Positions 57,788 to 64,000 of a DNA stretch of 64,000 nucleotides are shown piece after piece. The position numbers and the translations under genes are program-made. Numbering within the stretch: position 1 is the first letter of the stretch; the number at the start of each line of letters is the position of its first letter. The stretch lies in contig NW_024704809.1 in NCBI RefSeq assembly GCF_018977255.1, positions 124,001 through 188,000 on the forward strand, written 5' to 3'. The notes under the pieces were generated by a model, which saw only the letters and a list, made by a program, of their open reading frames with translations, was not told the DNA's origin and searched no databases. The DNA comes from Callorhinchus milii (Eukaryota).

Positions 57788-60700
57788 GTCCTGTGCCGGT
57801 CAGACTGGTGAACGGGAACAACATGTGCTCCGGGAGAGTCGAGGTGTTGCACAACTCCACTTGGGGAAGTGTGTGTGGGGATCACTGGGGTACGGAGGAG
57901 GCCAATGTCGTCTGCAGACTGTTGAACTGTGGAGTGGCCACGTCAGCGACAGGGAACGCAAACTTCGGACAGGGGACTGGGCCGGTCTGGCTGTCTGACG
58001 TGAGGTGTAATGGGACAGAGGCCGCCCTCGATCAGTGCCCGGCAAAGCCGTATGGAAACAACAACTGTCACCACAGTCAGGACGCCAGCGTTACCTGCTC
58101 AGGTAAGGAACGATTTTGATTTGTGTTTCGGAGCTGTATTCAGATGGGACCTTGGTTGACCAAACAAAATAATAATAATCCTTGCAATTGGACTTGTGTC
58201 TTTGAGATCAATAAGATATCTCAAATAAATAATAATAAATTGGTCAATCAATGCACGGAAGTTTGTGGGACGCTGCTGTGCCCAATTGGCTGCCGCGTTT
58301 TGACAACAAAACATACGGTCGAATGACTTTACAGTGTATTCAGTGAAGCGCTTTGAGACGCCACGAAGACACGATAAGGCCCTGTATCAAATGCAAGGAT
58401 TATCTGATTATTCTTCTGATGTAGGACTTGGGTCACCTACTGTTGGCTCAGGGGTAAAAGGGCAACCCACTGAGCCAGGCTGACAACAGTTAGCTCCCAT
58501 GAGAGTGCCTCATTCTTTGCTCATTGACTCCAGGTCCTGTGCCGATCAGATTGACCGATGGTCTCAACATGTGCTCCGGGAGAGTCGAGGTGCTCCACAA
58601 CTCCACTTGGGGAAGCGTGTGTGGGGATCACTGGGGTACGGAGGAGGCCAATGTCGTCTGCAGACTGTTGAACTGTGGAGAGGCCACGTCAGCGACAGGG
58701 AACGCCACCTTCGGACAGGGGACTGGGCCGGTCTGGCTGTCTGACGTGAGGTGTGAGGGATCAGAGGCCGCCCTCGATCAGTGCCCGGCAAAACCGTATG
58801 GAAACAACAACTGTAGCCACAGTCAGGACGCCAGCGTTACCTGCTCAGGTAAGGAGCGATTTTATTCTACGATTGAATTACTGATTGAAAATTCTCAGAG
58901 TGAAAAACATTCCCGTCCAGTCTTCCTGATTTCTCCTTAAACGGCACCGAAACAGACCATTCAGCCCAACTCGTGGTGGTGTTTATATTACACACCCCCA
59001 CTCCCACACTCCTCTATCCCCCTCTCCCACACCCCTCTATCCCCCTCTCCCACACCCCTCTATCCCCCTCTCCTACTCTGCTCTAAATAGGGTAATCAGA
59101 GGAGTGTGGAGTAAGGAAACTTGTCCAGCGTTTCTCCCTGCCGGGAATCGAACTCCGATCCTCTCACTTCCGAGGTGAGTGCTCTAACCATTGAGCTACA
59201 GGTTACTATTATTATAATAAGCTGAGATAAGATAGTCTACATAATAATAATGCAAGGATGATGATGATTATTATTATGATTATTATGTAGATTAGCCTTT
59301 GTGTTTGCATCATAAGAGTCATTGTGCTTCACGGTAACTTGGTATCTCTCCCTCTCTCCCAGGTCCTGTGCCGGTCAGACTGGTGAACGGCAACAACATG
59401 TGCTCCGGGAGAGTCGAGGTGTTGCACAACTCCACTTGGGGAAGTGTGTGTGGGGATCACTGGGGTACGGAGGAGGCCAATGTCGTCTGCAGACTGTTGA
59501 ACTGTGGAAATGGCACGTCAGCCATAGGGAACGCCACCTTCGGACAGGGGACTGGGCCGGTCTGGCTGTCTGACGTGAGGTGTGAGGGCGCAGAGACTGC
59601 CCTCGATCTGTGCCCGGCAAAACCGTACGGAAATACTACCTGTGGCCACAGTCAGGACATTGGCGTTGCCTGCACAGGTAAGACTATCGTAGTGTCATAG
59701 AATCTTACAGCACAGACGGAGTTCGTTCAGGCCATCGTGCCTGAGCCGGATCTTTGAAAGAACCACCAACTAGCCCCACTCCCCCCACTCTTATCCCAAC
59801 TAGCCCCACTCCCCCCACTCTTATCCCAACTAGCCCCACTCCCCCCACTCTTATCCCAACTAGCCCCACTCCCCCCACTCTTATCCCAACTAGCCCCACT
59901 CCCCCCACTCTTATCCCAACTAGCCCCACTCCCCCCACTCTTATCCCAACTAGCCCCACTCCCCCCACTCCCCCCACTCTTATCCCAACTAGCCCCCACT
60001 CCCCCGCTCTTACACCAACTAGCCCACTCCCCCCACTCTTACCCCAACGCATCCCACTCTTATTCCAACCAGTTCACACTCCCCCCGCTCTTACACCAAC
60101 TAGCCCCACTCCCCCCGCTCTTACACCAACTAGCTCCATTCCCCCCGCTCTTACACCAACTAGTCCCACCCCCCCGCTCTTACCTCAACCAGCCCCACTC
60201 CCCCTACTTTTACACCAACTAGCCCCACTCCCCCCACTCTTACCCCAACTAGCCCCACTCCCCCGCTCTTATCCCACAGCCCTGCACATTTTGACTTTTT
60301 AAGTACCTATCTAATTCCCTTTTTGAAAGCTATTCTCAAACCTGCTTCCAGTGTATTCCAGGCCACAACAACTCTCTGGCTTAGAGAGCTGCAGCGTTGG
60401 ATTGGATTGGGACAGGTCGTGTGCTTGTAGTTTGCTCCGACCTGATGTTCTGTCTCTTGTTCCAGGGCCACATCCTATGCGACTGGTGGATGGAGACACC
60501 ATGTGTTCTGGGAGAGTCGAGGTCTTTCACAACTCTGTCTGGGGAAGAGTCTGCGGCGACGACTGGGATATAGCGGACGCTCGGGTTGTGTGTCGACAGA
60601 TGAGCTGTGGCAACGCCATGTCAACAGGTGGAGGGTTTTCCCTTGGCCGGGGGAAAGGACAAACCTGGCTGGATAAGGTCAAGTGCTCTGGGGATGAGAA

Positions 60701-63330
60701 GTTCCTGGATCAATGCCGATCTCAGCCATGGGGACACAGTAACTGTGTGCTGGGTACGGACGCTGCTGTGGTTTGCTCAGGTAAACAGGTCTCTATATCA
60801 TAATGTTTCAACACAGGTTACACCTACAGACAAGCTGGTCACTCAACAACAACTTGCATTGGGCACAGCGCCCCCTCACACCGGGCAGCGTCCCAGAACG
60901 CTTGACAGCGGTGGAGCATGATACTCAAGCCAGGAGGGGAGGAGGGAGGTGACCATAGGCACTGATCGAAGAGTTCGGTCTTCAGGAACGACCTGAAGAT
61001 GGGGAAGGAAGGGGCAAGGCGGAGGGATAGAGGAAGAGTGTTCCATGGTTTGGGGGCACAGTGGCTGAAGGCACGGCCATCGATAGTGGAGTTGAGGGTA
61101 CGAGGGATGAACAGGAGGCGGGAGCCACCCAAGCGGAGGCAGGGGGTATGGGAGTGGGGTGTGGGTGGAGGAAGCAAATCGGATTAGGTTTGCCACAAGT
61201 TATTCTCCCAAAATACTGTGTCGATCTCCACCAGGTCCTGTGCCGGTCAGACTTGTGAACGGGAAGAACAGGTGCTCTGGGAGAGTTGAGATATTCCACA
61301 ACTCCACTTGGAAATCTGTGTGCGGAGATGTCTGGGATTCCAATGCTGCCAGCATCGTCTGCAGACAGTTGATGTGTGGGACCATCCTGTCTATCTCAAC
61401 CTTGGCCAAATTTGGAGAGGGGACAGGGCCATTCTGGAGCCCCGACGTGAGGTGTAATGGGACAGAAGCTGCCCTCGATCAGTGCCCTACAAACCCGTAT
61501 AGAAAATACATTAACTGTAACCACAGTCGTGACTCCAGCGTTATCTGCTCAGGTAAGGAGAGAATTTAATAATAATAATAATAATAATAATATCCTTGCA
61601 CTTGGTGGATTTCCTTATGTCTCAGACAACACTGGTGTCCAGTGTTCCGCCTCGCAAGCGCGAGGATCTGGGTTTCATTTCCGGGTGGGTCAGGGCAAAA
61701 CATTGGGCAAGTTTCCTTACTCCAATCGCTGACTGTCCAGTGCTTGGGACATCCTCCTGACATTTGCGCTACACAAACGTAAATTTTTATTGTATTTTAC
61801 TCCACACGCCTCTGTTTACTGAGCGGTACGTAGGAACCCAGTTGCTCGTCGATTGGTGGATTGCCTTTCTGGGGGTAAAAATCCCTTCAAAATAATAATA
61901 ACAATAATAATTTGGCCACTCAATCCACGACTATTTGTTGGATACGGCTGTGCGCATTTCGCCCCCAAAAATACACAGTCAATTCACTTGACAACATATT
62001 CTGTTTGAGACGTCTTGAGGATGTGATAAGGTGCTATATGAAATGTGAGGATTATTCTTATTACTCTACGAGGTTAGAGCGGAGGGGCGGCTGATTGTGC
62101 GCTGAGTTTACTCTGACCTGATGCTCTGTGTGTTTGGTTGCAGGGCCCCAGCCCGTGAGGCTGGCGAACGGAGACACCATCTGCTCAGGGAGGGTCGAGA
62201 TCTTTCACAGTTCCACTTGGGGCAGCGTCTGCAGGGACGGGTGGGACACGGAGGATGCTCGGGTCGTTTGTCGACAGCTGAGCTGTGGAGACCCCACGCT
62301 ATCGATCGCACCCGTCTCCGCCAGCCAAGCCATCGATCAGATCTGGTTGATGAAAGTGAGATGCGTTGGGACGGAGAATTCGCTTGACCAATGTCCGGCC
62401 AACCCATGGGGTCAGCACAACTGCAATCACGAGGATGATGTTGGTGTCAAGTGTTCAGGTACAACCAGAGGTTTACAGGTCTCGCCATTTTATAATAATA
62501 AAAATAATAATTTTCCCATGCCATTTATCCCTCCGCTCGACGGGCACTGGCTTGCTTCACATTCCCAGCCCCTGCCCTGCCCACACCACTATTGGCGGTC
62601 AGGCCTCCCTCCATACCCTCTAGAACTCTATCCCAGAACCTCTCTGACTCACTCCTCCCTTGCCTCCTTCAAGGGCAGTCTGAAGACCTTACACTTTGAC
62701 CGTGCCTTTGGTCATCCTTCCACCTACACCACCCTTCCCCCCTTTAATTCCCTCCAACCCCAACCCCTGGCTTGGGTACAAATTCTACACTGTATAGCGC
62801 CTTGAAACGTCCTCTCAATGTGTAAGTTGTTTCCACAAACGACAAATTGTTGCTCATCGGGGCATGTCTTTCAATCTTATTGCCCTCCTTGTCTCTACAA
62901 CTCTTAATCCCTTTACTTCCTACATAACTATCTGCCTCTCACACCTCAATCCATCTTCTGTGTTTCAATGTTTCTATCCATTGAATCCAATAACAAATAA
63001 GTGACCATGTTTGTTTGCGTGTGTCCACAGGTCCCGTGCCCCCGCGGCTGGTTCACGGTTACACTCGGTGCTCGGGGACGGCTGAGCTGTTCCGTAATTC
63101 CTCCTGGTTCAGGCTTTGCCAGGATCACTGGGACCTTCGGGCTGTCACCATCCTGTGCCGGCAACTCAACTGTGGAGTGGCTTTGTCAGCCTCAACAGCC
63201 TTCGAGTCGCAGCCCGGGGAGCTCCATGTGAGATGCAATGGGACTGAGTCTGACCTGGATCAGTGTGTCACAAGTGACCAGAAAGTGAGCAACTGCGTCT
63301 ACCCACATGGAGCCACAGCCGTCTGCTCAG
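57788..63330 (+). CDS. Group-B scavenger receptor cysteine-rich (SRCR) repeat protein, CD163/SCART/DMBT1-like; partial
   Basis: Seven phase-1 exons, one 8-Cys domain each: 57788-58102, 58534-58848, 59363-59677, 60466-60780, 61235-61552, 62144-62458, 63031-63330. Motifs RLV.G...CSGRVEV.H...WG.VC.D.W....VVCR.L.CG. Signal-peptide exon and 3' end not identified. Confidence 0.9.
59695..60360 (-). mobile_element. CR1 3' end with internal 30-bp minisatellite (59765-60275)
   Basis: CR1 terminal sequence flanks an expanded CCAACTAGCCCCACTCCCCCCACTCTTATC unit. Confidence 0.75.
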
Positions 63331-63339
63331 GTAAGAGGA

Positions 63340-64000
63340 ACGTTGGCAAGACGGAAGCCATATTCATTGGCTCCCACCAACATTTCTCTCCCTACGGGTC
63401 TGAACTCCTCAATCTCTCCTGGGCTCTCCTTCAGACTCACCGAACCCATGTGCAACTTAGGCATCAGGTTCGATTCCCAGCTTTCCTTTCTACCACACAT
63501 CCATTCCCTGACCATCAACAAAAGCAGCCGAAACCCTCATCCACGTCTTTGTCACTTCCAGGCTGGACTATTCCAAAGCCCTCCTCACTGGTCTCCCCAG
63601 CTCCACCATATACAGCATACAATTAATTCCAAACTCTACTTCCCGGGATCTCACCCGCACAAAACTCAGGACTCGTGTGATGGGTGCGCAGAGATTGGGG
63701 TGTGATGGGGGTTTGAGGGCTGGTCAGATGAGATATGATTGGGGATTGGGCATTCAACATCTCTGCCCCCACACTCTGGAACTCTATCACGCAATGCCTC
63801 CACCTCACCCCCTCTCGTGCCTCCTTCAAGTCCAGTCTAAAGACCTTCCTCTTCGACTGTGCCTTCTTCCATCCACCAACTCCATCCCCACCACCCCCTG
63901 CCCCTCTGCCCTCCACCCCTTCTGACCCCAACTCCCAGCTTAGGGTAAAAAAAAACAATGCCCTGGGACGCTTTTTCGACCTGGAGTGGGCTACACAAGT
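63340..64000 (+). mobile_element. Degenerate L2 ORF2 3' fragment
   Basis: NVGKTEAIFIG, NLGIRFDSQLSF.PHI motifs and L2 3' UTR. Confidence 0.7.

Overview
Vertebrate genomic DNA, most likely a cartilaginous fish and plausibly a holocephalan (inferred from dense L2 and CR1 LINE 3' fragments, tRNA-headed Deu-like SINEs and gene content). It has two assembly gaps (10431-11051, 56451-56475). Six intron-containing or spliced genes were reconstructed by hand. In order: 5' end of RYR1 (minus; exons 1-3 plus a 21-nt microexon); a single-coding-exon gremlin (DAN family) gene (minus); complete RASGRP4 (plus, 17 coding exons, one U12 AT-AC intron); FAM98C (minus, 8 exons); PSMD8 (plus, 7 exons, head-to-head with FAM98C); and seven group-B SRCR exons of a CD163/DMBT1-like gene running toward the window end. 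This block corresponds to human 19q13.2. The main points of interest are a third gremlin paralog beside RYR1 (absent at this locus in mammals), ancestral RASGRP1-like features in RASGRP4, a six-fold repeated motif in the FAM98C/PSMD8 bidirectional promoter, an unclassified interspersed element near gene 5' ends, and several retroelement-seeded minisatellites. Homolog comparisons are from memory, not database searches.
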